From Desulfobacterales bacterium (lineage in GTDB: Bacteria; Desulfobacterota; Desulfobacteria; Desulfobacterales; UBA2174): a DNA stretch of 64,000 nt. The stretch lies in the NCBI GenBank assembly GCA_963668645.2, contig CAXXWC010000003.1:288001-352000 (forward strand), read 5' to 3'. This document shows, piece after piece, positions 9,470-18,613 of this stretch. The notes under the pieces were generated by a model. It was not told where the DNA came from, made no database searches, and saw nothing but the letters and a program-made list of their open reading frames with translations. The position numbers were made by a program, and so were the translations under genes. Position 1 is the stretch's first letter. Each line of letters starts with the position of its first letter.

Positions 9470-11332
9470 TCAGTCGTCCCGGTTCCCGTTCTGGCTGTTG
9501 CCGAGCTTCTCTTGCAGGTTTTCACGCAGCAGTTCGCCGAAGGTGGAAGTGGCCGGTTTCATGCTGCTGACGTATTCACTGAGCAACGCCTGATCATCTT
9601 CCATGTCGAGGCGCTTGATCGACAGACCGATCCGGCGCTCATCGCTGTTGATGTTCATCACCCGGGCGGTGATGACATCCCCGATATTGAACATCCCCAC
9701 CGGGGTCTTTATCTTTTCCTTGCTGATTTCCGAGACGTGAACCAGCCCTTCGATCCCCTCTTCCAGTTCGATGAAGACACCGAAGTCCGTCAGGTTGGTC
9801 ACCGTACCGGTGATCTCCTTGCCCACGTCGTAGCGCTGGTTGACCGTTTCCCACGGATCGGACTGAAGCTGCTTGATGCCCAGCGAAAAGCGCTCGGCCT
9901 TCTTGTCGATATCGAGCACCACGGCCTGCACCAGGTCGCCCTTCTTGTAAATCTCGCTCGGGTGCTTGATCCGTTTGGTCCAGGAAAGATCGCTGATGTG
10001 CACCAGGCCGTCGATCCCCTCATCGATGCCGATGAACAGACCGAAGTCGGTAATGTTCTTGATGCGGCCCTCGATGGTGGTGCCCACCGGGTATTTCTCG
10101 TTGATCACATCCCAGGGATTGGGCCGGGCCTGCTTCATGCCCAGGGAGATACGCCGCGCGTCGGGTTTGATGTCCAGCACCACCGCATCGACCTCATCGC
10201 CCACCGCCACGACTTTGGACGGGTGCCGGATCTTACGAGTCCAGCTCATCTCCGAAACGTGGATCAACCCCTCGATGCCTTCTTCCAGCTCCACGAAGGC
10301 CCCGTAATCGGTCAGGCTCACCACGCGGCCCGTGACCCGCGAGCCGACCGGGTATTTGTCCACTGCGGTGGTCCACGGATCGGCGGTCAATTGCTTCATC
10401 CCCAGCGAAACGCGCTCCTTCTCCAGGTCGAGGCTCAAAATCTTGACCTGAATCTCGTCGCCGATGGCGAAAAGATCCGACGGATGCTTGACTCGGCCCC
10501 AGGAGATGTCGGTGATATGCAGCAGGCCGTCGACACCGCCAAGATCCACGAAGACCCCGTATTCGGTGATGTTCTTGACCACGCCGTCCACCACTTTCCC
10601 CTCTTCGATGGAAGACAGGGTGGCGGTGCGTTTGGCCTCGCGCTCGGCTTCAAGTATCACGCGCCGCGACAGCACGATATTGCTGCGCTTGCGATTGTAC
10701 TTGAGAATCTTGAATTCAAATGTCTTGCCCACCATCTCATCCAGATTGCGGATGGGGCGCAAGTCTGCCTGACTGCCGGGCAGAAAAGCCTGGACACCGA
10801 TGTCAACTGAAAACCCACCTTTGACCCTCGATGTGATGGTCCCCTCGATGGTCGAGCCGTTGTCGTAGGCCTCCTTGATTTCCTCCCAGACCTTGACCTT
10901 TTCGGCCTTCTCCTTAGAGAGGACTACGACCTCGTTCTCGTCGTCCCACCATTCGACCATGACCTCGACCGAATCGCCGACCTCGGCCTGCAGTTCTCCG
11001 TTCTCGTCCCTGAACTCGTTGATCCGGATCTGCCCCTCGCTCTTGTAGCCGATGTCGACCAGGACGTGGTCCTTATCGACGGAGATGATCCGCCCGTTGA
11101 CGACTTCGCCCTCGGCGAAACGCTTGAAGCTCTCCTCATACATCTCCATGAGGTTCTCCATGGTTTCGCCACCGACGGCAGATTCGTCTACCTCCGGTGT
11201 TTCGCCACCGGCGGCAGATTCGTCTACCTCCGGTGTTTCGCCATCGGCAACAGCTTCGCTCGCCTCCGGCATCACCTCCAGGTCCTGGGCTTCTTCGGTG
11301 GTTGTGGCATCGATTTTGTTATTGTTTTCCAT
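9470..11332 (-). CDS. rpsA: 30S ribosomal protein S1 with acidic N-terminal extension
   Basis: Six S1 repeats (DIGYKSEG, AFLPGSQ, GLLHITDISW, GLIHVSEMSW ...); cmk-rpsA-sppA synteny; start after GAGGGG at 11332. Confidence 0.97.
   Translation of the reverse strand: MENNNKIDATTTEEAQDLEVMPEASEAVADGETPEVDESAAGGETPEVDESAVGGETMENLMEMYEESFKRFAEGEVVNGRIISVDKDHVLVDIGYKSEGQIRINEFRDENGELQAEVGDSVEVMVEWWDDENEVVVLSKEKAEKVKVWEEIKEAYDNGSTIEGTITSRVKGGFSVDIGVQAFLPGSQADLRPIRNLDEMVGKTFEFKILKYNRKRSNIVLSRRVILEAEREAKRTATLSSIEEGKVVDGVVKNITEYGVFVDLGGVDGLLHITDISWGRVKHPSDLFAIGDEIQVKILSLDLEKERVSLGMKQLTADPWTTAVDKYPVGSRVTGRVVSLTDYGAFVELEEGIEGLIHVSEMSWTRKIRHPSKVVAVGDEVDAVVLDIKPDARRISLGMKQARPNPWDVINEKYPVGTTIEGRIKNITDFGLFIGIDEGIDGLVHISDLSWTKRIKHPSEIYKKGDLVQAVVLDIDKKAERFSLGIKQLQSDPWETVNQRYDVGKEITGTVTNLTDFGVFIELEEGIEGLVHVSEISKEKIKTPVGMFNIGDVITARVMNINSDERRIGLSIKRLDMEDDQALLSEYVSSMKPATSTFGELLRENLQEKLGNSQNGNRDD
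11163..11248. repeat. 36-bp tandem repeat (about 2.4 copies) in the rpsA 5' region, encoding GETPEVDESA(A/V)G
   Basis: gtttcgccaccg(a/g)cggcagattcgtctacctccggt at 11163 and 11199, partial third copy at 11235. Confidence 0.9.
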
Positions 11333-11456
11333 TAAATGCAGCTCCCCCTCGGCCTTAAAATTCGCGGGGACCGACCTGCGGCCCCCGAGTACAACGGCAG
11401 TCCATACCAAAGACTGAGTTAAAAGACAACAAAGAAAATGGCGCCTATACCCCGCC

Positions 11457-12161
11457 TTAAGGCGAAGCGGTTTGCAGCGGGCCGCCGGCACGGGCCGCGA
11501 TGTAGGAAAGCATGACCGTAACGACGCCTTGCGGGCTCAGGGCGGTGGCATCGATGGACAGCGCATCGGGCGCCGGCCTTAGCGGCGCCAGGTCCCGCTG
11601 TGAATCGTTGCGGTCGCGCCTTTCGATCTCGGCAGCCACTGTCTCCAGCGAAGGCCGGTCCCCAGGATTCATTTCCGCATACCGCCGCCGTGCCCGTTCA
11701 CTCAGGCTGGCATCCAGGAAAAACTTGATCTCCGCTTCGGGAAAAACCACCGTGCCCATATCTCGTCCCTCGAACACAGCCCGCTTTTGGGCCCCCAGGC
11801 GGTGCTGCAGATCCAGTAAAAAATGCCTCACCGGGGCGCGTGCCGACGCGGCCGAGGCCATGGCGGTAACCTCCCGGGTGCGAATCCGATCGGTAATATC
11901 CGCTCCATCGAGAAGCAGGCGGCTGCCTTGCTCCCCGGCGACCAATTCCAGCCTCAAGCGGCGGCAAAGAGAGGCCAACGCCTCGTCGTCGTCAGCCGCC
12001 ACTCCCGTCTCAAGGGCCGCAAGGGCGACGGCCCGGTACAGGGCACCGGTGTCCACGTAACGGTATCCGAGGCGTTGGGCCAGGATCCGGCTCACGGTGG
12101 TCTTGCCGGCTCCGGCCGGGCCGTCTATGGTCACGAGCAGGGCAGAAGATGTCATGGTCAA
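11457..12161 (-). CDS. cmk: Cytidylate kinase
   Basis: TIDGPAGAGKTT, DTGALYR, EGRDMGTVVFP, RD..DSQR.LAPL. Confidence 0.97.
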   Translation of the reverse strand: MTMTSSALLVTIDGPAGAGKTTVSRILAQRLGYRYVDTGALYRAVALAALETGVAADDDEALASLCRRLRLELVAGEQGSRLLLDGADITDRIRTREVTAMASAASARAPVRHFLLDLQHRLGAQKRAVFEGRDMGTVVFPEAEIKFFLDASLSERARRRYAEMNPGDRPSLETVAAEIERRDRNDSQRDLAPLRPAPDALSIDATALSPQGVVTVMLSYIAARAGGPLQTASP

Positions 12162-12188
12162 CGAAAAGTCATTCTTATCTTTTCGGAT

Positions 12189-12728
12189 TCAGGCCTCGGC
12201 GGCCATGCGGCCCTTTTCCAGGGCTTCCTGGTTGATCTGCTGGACCTTTTTGGGCTTGGCGGCGAATTCTTCCTCGACACAGCGCCGCAGCAGGGCGAAG
12301 TCGACGATCTTGCTGCGGGCCGTAAAGGCTCCCAACGCCACGATATTGGCCGCACGCAGGCTGCCGGCGGCAATGGCCAGTTCGTTGACCGGCACGGCCA
12401 GTTCATCCACGTCGCTGCGCTGCGAACCGATGGGTACCAGCGACTGGTTGATCAGGATCACCCCTCCGGGCCGGATCGTGGCGGCGAACTTTTCCAACGA
12501 AGGCCGGTTCATCGCGATCAGATGCCCGGGATTCTTGATGATGGGCGAGCCGATGGGCCGATCGCTGATCACTACGGTACAGTAAGCCGTACCGCCGCGC
12601 ATCTCCGGTCCGTAAGAAGGGATCCAGACCACCTCGTAGCCGGCTTCCAGGGCGGCGTGGGCCAGGATCTTGGCGCTGAGCAGGATCCCCTGACCGCCGA
12701 AGCCGGCAAACTTCACTTCGCTTTGCAT
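12189..12728 (-). CDS. 2-oxoacid:ferredoxin oxidoreductase gamma subunit
   Basis: AGFGGQG, PSYGPEMRGGTA. Confidence 0.93.
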   Translation of the reverse strand: MQSEVKFAGFGGQGILLSAKILAHAALEAGYEVVWIPSYGPEMRGGTAYCTVVISDRPIGSPIIKNPGHLIAMNRPSLEKFAATIRPGGVILINQSLVPIGSQRSDVDELAVPVNELAIAAGSLRAANIVALGAFTARSKIVDFALLRRCVEEEFAAKPKKVQQINQEALEKGRMAAEA

Positions 12729-12765
12729 AAAAACTCCCTTATGGTCCGTATCGGACCGGCCGTAA

Positions 12766-13506
12766 TCAATCCTCAGGGGTTTTCAGATCCCCAAGCGGGT
12801 AGTAGGGGATCATGGTATCCCGAACCCAGCCGACCGCTTCAACAGGGGTTTTGCCCCAATTGGTCGGACAGGTGCTCAATACCTCCACCAGCGAAAAGCA
12901 GCGTCCGGCGACCTGGTATTCGAAGGCGCGCTGGATCGCCTGCTTGGCTTTGCGGATACTCTTGGGGTCGATCACCGTCTGGCGGGTGATGTAGGCCGGA
13001 GTCTGAAGCGCCGCCAGCAGTTCGGCCACCCTGATCGGCATCCCGACCTCATCCACGTTGCGCCCTGCCGGCGAAGTGGTGGTCCGCTGGCCCGGCATGG
13101 TGGTGGGGGCCATCTGCCCCCCGGTCATGCCGTAAACGGCGTTGTTGACGAAAATGGTGGTGATTTTTTCCCCGCGGTTGGCTGCGTGAACGATTTCGCC
13201 CATGCCGATGCTCGCCAGGTCGCCGTCACCCTGATAGGTAAAGACCACCAGGTCGGGCCGCACCCGCTTGATGCCGGTGGCCATGGCCGGGGCCCGTCCG
13301 TGGGCCGCCTCCTGGAAGTCGCAATTGAAGTAGTTGTAGGCCATAACGGCGCAGCCCACCGGGGCGATGCCCACGGTGCGTTCCATGATGCCCAGCTCGT
13401 CGATCGCCTCTGCCACCAGACGGTGGATGACGCCATGAGTGCACCCGGGGCAGTAGTGGGTGTACTGGTCTGTAAGGGATCTCGGTTTGGTGAATGTCTT
13501 GGCCAT
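12766..13506 (-). CDS. 2-oxoacid:ferredoxin oxidoreductase beta (TPP-binding) subunit, Vor type
   Basis: YCPGCTHG, YQGDGDL, NNAVYGMTGGQMAPTT, CPTNW. Confidence 0.93.
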   Translation of the reverse strand: MAKTFTKPRSLTDQYTHYCPGCTHGVIHRLVAEAIDELGIMERTVGIAPVGCAVMAYNYFNCDFQEAAHGRAPAMATGIKRVRPDLVVFTYQGDGDLASIGMGEIVHAANRGEKITTIFVNNAVYGMTGGQMAPTTMPGQRTTTSPAGRNVDEVGMPIRVAELLAALQTPAYITRQTVIDPKSIRKAKQAIQRAFEYQVAGRCFSLVEVLSTCPTNWGKTPVEAVGWVRDTMIPYYPLGDLKTPED

Positions 13507-13513
13507 AGGTTGT

Positions 13514-14623
13514 TCACTCCTTGCCGCAGGTGCAGCCGGGCGTCCGGCAGCCGCCGGTGTCCAGGTCGCGGATCACGTCCATGATCTCTTCCGGGGTGGG
13601 CACGTCACCGCCGCATTTGCCGTACCAGTGGACCGGACGGATCCCGCGCACCGCCCGTTCGACGTCCTCGACCATCTGGCCCATGCTCATCTCGATGCTG
13701 ATCACCGCCTGGCACGACGGCCGAGCTGCCGCTTCGCGCACGGCCAGTTCGGGAAAGGGGAAGAGGGTCTGGGGCCGCAGCAGGCCGACCTCGAGCCCTT
13801 CGGCCTTGAGGTTGTCCACCACAGTGCGGCAAACCCGGCTCATCGTTCCGTAGCTGACGATCAGAAACCGGTAGTCGCCGTCAAGGTTGTACGCCTCGTA
13901 GCGCACCTCCTCGCGTTTCATTTGATCGTACTTGGCCTTGAGCAGCAGGTTCTGATCGTTGAGCGCCTCCGGATCGAGAAAGAGGCTCTTGACCAGGTTG
14001 CGGGTGGCGCTGCCGCGGGTGCTCATCCCGCTGGAGGCCCAAGCGCTCTTGTCGCTCGGTTCGCTGCGCAGGTGGTCCGGAAACTCCACCGGCTCCATCA
14101 TCTGCCCGATCAGCCCATCGCCCAGGATCATCACCGGATTGCGGTACTTTTCGGCCAGCGGGAAGGCCCTCATGACCATTTCGGCCGTCTCCTGGACGCT
14201 GGCCGGGGCCATCACCAGAAGGCGGTAGTCCCCGTGGCCCCCGCCCTTGGTGGCCTGGAAGTAGTCTCCCTGGCTGGGCAGAATCCCGCCCAGACCGGGG
14301 CCGCCGCGAATGATGTTGACAAAGACCACCGGCAGCTGGGCTGCGGCAATATAACTGATGGCCTCACTCATCAGACTGATGCCCGGGCTGGATGAGGTGG
14401 TAAAAACCCGCTCGCCCGCCCCAGCGGCACCGAAGAGCATGTAGCCGACGGCCACCTCGCTCTCTCCTTGCAGGAAAACCCCGCCGGCCTCGGGCATGCG
14501 CCAGGAGAGGTACTCGGCCACCTCGCTCTGGGGGGTGATCGGATAAGCGAAATAATTGAGGCAGCCGGCGCGGATGGCGGCTTCGCCGATGGCCTCGTTG
14601 CCTTTCATGAGAATCTTACCCAT
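13514..14623 (-). CDS. vorB: 2-oxoacid:ferredoxin oxidoreductase alpha subunit (VorB-like, probably 2-ketoisovalerate)
   Basis: LMKGNEAI, YPITPQSE, TSSSPGISL, RGGPGLG, GGGHGDY. Confidence 0.9.
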   Translation of the reverse strand: MGKILMKGNEAIGEAAIRAGCLNYFAYPITPQSEVAEYLSWRMPEAGGVFLQGESEVAVGYMLFGAAGAGERVFTTSSSPGISLMSEAISYIAAAQLPVVFVNIIRGGPGLGGILPSQGDYFQATKGGGHGDYRLLVMAPASVQETAEMVMRAFPLAEKYRNPVMILGDGLIGQMMEPVEFPDHLRSEPSDKSAWASSGMSTRGSATRNLVKSLFLDPEALNDQNLLLKAKYDQMKREEVRYEAYNLDGDYRFLIVSYGTMSRVCRTVVDNLKAEGLEVGLLRPQTLFPFPELAVREAAARPSCQAVISIEMSMGQMVEDVERAVRGIRPVHWYGKCGGDVPTPEEIMDVIRDLDTGGCRTPGCTCGKE

Positions 14624-14637
14624 GGTCTTGCCTCCGC

Positions 14638-14871
14638 TCAACACGCCCCGCTCGGGACGTCTTCGCATTCGGTGATGGTAATCGCCACGTCCGGGCACAT
14701 GGTGCAGCACAGGGCACACTTGACACAGTCCTCGGGCCGGGCCTGATAGGCGGGAAAATATCCCCTGGTATTGACGGTTTCTGAGATTTCGAGCACGTGC
14801 TTGGGGCACACGGCCACGCACAGGCCGCAGCCCTTGCAGCGCTCGGCATCGATCTTGTGTTGATGGGCCAT
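14638..14871 (-). CDS. 2x[4Fe-4S] ferredoxin (delta subunit)
   Basis: [12 protein letters not shown] and [12 protein letters not shown]. Confidence 0.9.
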   Translation of the reverse strand: MAHQHKIDAERCKGCGLCVAVCPKHVLEISETVNTRGYFPAYQARPEDCVKCALCCTMCPDVAITITECEDVPSGAC

Positions 14872-14903
14872 CGGGGTTGACTCCTTGTCTCGACTTGGAC
14901 CCG

Positions 14904-15608
14904 CTAGGGGGCCGGGGTAAGCGGTAAGGGGCGGCGCCAGGGCGGCACGAGTTGTCGCTCGATGGGCAGCAGCGGGCAGATCCAATCTTCGCTGGGCAAT
15001 CCGGCCGCCAAGTGGGCCGGCGCCGTTACGCAGCGCAGCGGCAGACCGCTGCGCTCGGCCAGGGTCTGCACGAAACGGTAACCTTCGATAATCTGTTCGG
15101 GCTCGGTCTCGTCCATGAGGTTGGCGTTGCCGATCCAGCCGGTGACCGGAAGCCTGGCAGCGGCCTCAATCTGAGCCCGGATGCGCTCACAGCCTTGATG
15201 GGTTTCGGTAAAGGGCCGAAAGGGGTTGACCACCTGGAGCATCTCGACGCTGGCCTCGGCCAGTACGTGGTGCAACGCCGACAGGACCTTGGCCCCCACG
15301 TCGTTGCCCCCTGCATCGAGAATCGTCACTTGGCTGGGACGGCGGATCAATCCGGCCACCGCAGGATCGAGAATCGGCAGATCGGCATTCAGGTAACGCT
15401 CAGGCGGCAACACGACCCGGACGCCCAGGGCCTCCAGAGGAAAACGTGCCTCACGGGTCCGGAAATAAGGATTGACCAGATCCAGGTCCGCCACACTGAC
15501 TGCGAAACCGGCCCGCCGGTGGTGCACCGCCAGATTGATGGCCACCTCGGTTTTGCCGCTGCCGTAGTTGCCGACGATCACCACAATGCCTTTGAGTAAC
15601 AACGCCAA
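14904..15608 (-). CDS. Uncharacterised P-loop (CbiA/MinD-like) ATPase heading the vor operon
   Basis: GNYGSGKTE Walker [17 protein letters not shown] start after GAGGGG. Confidence 0.75.
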   Translation of the reverse strand: MALLLKGIVVIVGNYGSGKTEVAINLAVHHRRAGFAVSVADLDLVNPYFRTREARFPLEALGVRVVLPPERYLNADLPILDPAVAGLIRRPSQVTILDAGGNDVGAKVLSALHHVLAEASVEMLQVVNPFRPFTETHQGCERIRAQIEAAARLPVTGWIGNANLMDETEPEQIIEGYRFVQTLAERSGLPLRCVTAPAHLAAGLPSEDWICPLLPIERQLVPPWRRPLPLTPAP

Positions 15609-15816
15609 CCCGCCCCCTCTCAATGGTCCGTGCCGCAACGGGTCGCGGGCCGGTGGAAACTTTTTCCCTATTGCGCCGAACGGCCATTGTCAAGGTTTTT
15701 GAAATTGGCCGTGGCTGCCGAATATGATAAGACTGCTTTGAAAAAAGGCAAAAACAGCTCAACTGCATTGATGCAACAAGGCCTGTCGCTGAGCGTCAAA
15801 ACGCATTGGAGGCCCC

Positions 15817-16992
15817 ATGCCCCGCGTCATCAGCGGGCTCGAAGCCCTGTTGGCCGCCCCGCCCAAATGGCTGCGCGGCCAGAGATTAGGATTGCTTTGC
15901 AACCCGGCCTCGGTGGACCACCGCCTGGTCCACGCGCGCCTGCGCATCTTTCGCCGCCTGCCGGGCCAACTGGCGGCCCTCTACAGCCCCCAGCACGGTT
16001 TTTTCGCCGAAAAACAGGACAACATGATCGCTTCGGCGGATATCCGCGACCCGCTCCTCGATCTGCCTGTTTACAGCCTCTACGGTGATACCCGGGTGCC
16101 GACGAGCGAGATGCTGGCCCCCATCGACCTGCTGCTGGTGGACCTTCAGGACGTGGGCTGCCGGGTTTATACCTTCATCTGGACTTTGACTCACTGCCTT
16201 GAAGCCGCCGCCCGCTTCGGCAAGCCGGTGGTGGTTCTCGACCGGCCCAATCCCATCGGCGGGCGCCGCATCGAGGGGAACCTACTGGCGCCTGAGTGCA
16301 CATCGTTTGTCGGCCGCCACCCGATCCCGATGCGCCACGGGCTGACCATCGGTGAAATGGCGCGTCTGCTCAACGCCGAGATGGGCATCAACGCCGATCT
16401 GAGGATCGTCCCGATGCGCGGCTGGAAGCGGTGCATGGGCTTTGCCGACACAGGCCTGCCCTGGGTGGCGCCCTCGCCCAACATGCCGACTCCGGCCACG
16501 GCCCTGGTCTACCCCGGCCAGGTCATCTGGGAAGGCACCAACGTCTCGGAAGGCCGCGGCACCGCTCAGCCCTTCGAGCTGTTCGGCGCCCCATTCATCG
16601 ATCCCCGGGCCGTCTTGGCCGTGCTGGATCCCAAACGGCTGCCCGGTGTCGTACTGCGGCCGGCAGCTTTCGAGCCGACCGCCAACAAGTGGCAGGGGCG
16701 GTTGTGCAGCGGTTTTCAGTTGCATGTGACCCACCCGCAACGCTTTCGCCCCTACGAGACGGGTATGGCGATGCTGCGGGCGGTGATGCGAACCTGCGGG
16801 GAGCAACTGGAATGGAAGGCGCCGCCCTATGAGTATGAATACCGGCGCCGGCCCATCGACCTGATCGTCGGCGATGGCCGGATTCTCCAGCGCCTGGCCC
16901 AAGGGGCGGACTTGGGGGAAATGGCGCCGGATTGGGCCGCGGATTGCCGCCGCTTCAGGCGCCGTGCGAAACGGTGGCTTCTGTATGCTTGA
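15817..16992 (+). CDS. namZ: Exo-beta-N-acetylmuramidase NamZ (DUF1343)
   Basis: PQHG, YSLYG, DLQDVGCRVYTF, LDRPNP, RHGLTIGE, PSPNMP, SEGRGT. Confidence 0.92.
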   Translation: MPRVISGLEALLAAPPKWLRGQRLGLLCNPASVDHRLVHARLRIFRRLPGQLAALYSPQHGFFAEKQDNMIASADIRDPLLDLPVYSLYGDTRVPTSEMLAPIDLLLVDLQDVGCRVYTFIWTLTHCLEAAARFGKPVVVLDRPNPIGGRRIEGNLLAPECTSFVGRHPIPMRHGLTIGEMARLLNAEMGINADLRIVPMRGWKRCMGFADTGLPWVAPSPNMPTPATALVYPGQVIWEGTNVSEGRGTAQPFELFGAPFIDPRAVLAVLDPKRLPGVVLRPAAFEPTANKWQGRLCSGFQLHVTHPQRFRPYETGMAMLRAVMRTCGEQLEWKAPPYEYEYRRRPIDLIVGDGRILQRLAQGADLGEMAPDWAADCRRFRRRAKRWLLYA

Positions 16993-17109
16993 ATCCGAAC
17001 CCTGGCTTTGGCCCCTCCCGGACAACCAGGACCGAAGACCCGGCCTCTGAAGGCGCCAATCGGACCTGCCCCATCCGATCCCCGCAGAGCCGGTACAGGC
17101 ATAGGACCC

Positions 17110-17808
17110 ATGTGCCCACCGGAGATTCCCTGGAAAAGGATGCACTTTCGCGGTGAACGGGTCTGGGTCGCCGTGAATCCCGACGGCAGCCCCCGGATCC
17201 ACGACGCCAAAGTGGCCGTCAAGTACCGGCTCGAAAGCAGCGCGCAATACTGGGTGCGCGCCGATGCCGTACATCCCATCACTGCAGGGCGGGGCCCGGA
17301 TGCGGCGGCCCAGATGCCCATCGATTTTGACGGCCCGGCCCTGGAAGGGTGCAGCCCGGGAACGGTCTGCGTCTTTGCCGAGGGCGTGGCCCTGGGCAAC
17401 CCCGGACCGGGCGGCATCGGGGTCGTTCTAAGCTACGACGGGCGCGAAAAAACCCTGGCCGCCCCCATCGGCATGATCACCGAGGCGGCTGCGGCCGTCG
17501 AAGCCATCGGCCGCGGCCTGGCTGAAATTCGCTCCCCGGCGCATCCGGTCCGCATTTACAGCGGCAGCGGCTATGCCTACGGAGTCCTGGCCCTGGGCTG
17601 GAAAGCGGTGCGCCACGCCGGCCGGGTGGCAGCGGTGCGCCGCCTGATGGCCCGCTTCAGCGACATCCGCATGGTCTGGCCCACCGCCCATCCCGGAATC
17701 GGACCGGCACACCGCGCTCGGGATTTGGCACGGCGCGCGGCTGAAGCCTCGGGGAAGTCTTCTGCGGGCGATGGCACCGATGGTGCTGCGGCCCCCGGCG
17801 GCCACTGA
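17110..17808 (+). CDS. RNase HI-fold protein with N-terminal extra domain; catalytic residues substituted
   Basis: FAEG..LGNPGPGGIGVVLSY.GREKT aligns with RNase HI FTDG..LGNPGPGGYGAILRY.GREKT. Confidence 0.8.
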   Translation: MCPPEIPWKRMHFRGERVWVAVNPDGSPRIHDAKVAVKYRLESSAQYWVRADAVHPITAGRGPDAAAQMPIDFDGPALEGCSPGTVCVFAEGVALGNPGPGGIGVVLSYDGREKTLAAPIGMITEAAAAVEAIGRGLAEIRSPAHPVRIYSGSGYAYGVLALGWKAVRHAGRVAAVRRLMARFSDIRMVWPTAHPGIGPAHRARDLARRAAEASGKSSAGDGTDGAAAPGGH

Positions 17809-17817
17809 CCGAACACC

Positions 17818-17853
17818 AAAAAAAGAACCCGCACCATCCGGGTACGGGTTCTT
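17818..17853 (-). terminator. Intrinsic terminator of the MamI-like gene (between convergent genes)
   Basis: aagaacccg...cgggttctt stem followed by a U-run on the minus strand. Confidence 0.7.
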
Positions 17854-17891
17854 CATCATTCGAAGCAAAAACAGCAGAATAAAACGCCGAA

Positions 17892-18173
17892 TCAGGCTTT
17901 CTCGGTCTTGAGGGATTCGAGTTCCTTTTTGAGGCTTTCGATTTCCTGCTTGTATTTGTCGACGTCCTGGGTCTCGGCCGCAGGCTCCACGGGCTCGTCC
18001 TTCTTCCAGGTGTCCTTGAGTTCGTCAAAGCCGAGGTACAGGGCCAGCCCACCGCCCAAAAGCAGCATGATCGGCAGAGCACCGGCAAGGATCTGCAAAA
18101 ACTCACTGAACCATACCGAAAGGCCGATCAAGCCCAGAACCGCTGCAACCGCGCCGCCAATTAACGTTTTCAT
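17892..18173 (-). CDS. Small two-TM membrane protein with C-terminal coiled coil, MamI-like
   Basis: AGGAGGGG RBS; GLIGL.VW...L.GA.P....GG.AL..G pattern resembles magnetosome MamI. Confidence 0.7.
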   Translation of the reverse strand: MKTLIGGAVAAVLGLIGLSVWFSEFLQILAGALPIMLLLGGGLALYLGFDELKDTWKKDEPVEPAAETQDVDKYKQEIESLKKELESLKTEKA

Positions 18174-18613
18174 AAACCGTACCCCCTCCTTCTGGTTTGA
18201 AATTAAAGTATTGGCTGAGGTTTAAGGCGTCGCGCCATCCGTGCCGACCACGGCACGGCCGCCATTATATCCTGTTATTTCAATGGGAATCGTAGTGTAG
18301 GAGCCATCCCCAAACTAAATCCGACCTACCATAACCCGAATGGGAACACAAGCCTAATTTTCCATGGACTCCGTTTCCCGCACTCAGTTGTGACGCACCG
18401 ATAATATCCCGACAGGGCCGATGCGGCAAGATCCTCCCGTTTCGATAAATCATCTTTTCCCGCCAGGACGGATCTGCTATTTTTTAAAGTTCAATCGATC
18501 CGGGCTGAAAGTCGCCGCGAACCGGGGATTGAAATACGAAAGACAAACCGAACGCTTCGAAAACCCCCATACAGACCTGGCTCCGCGGCAGGTCTGCGAC
18601 AGGATAGCCGATA

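Noticed and set aside
11163..11248. 36-bp repeats as a CRISPR array
   Set aside because: No spacers, in-frame within rpsA, no cas genes.
14630..14646. Cys-TGA at the end of the ferredoxin gene
   Set aside because: Immediately followed by the RBS and start of vorB; no SECIS-like hairpin seen.
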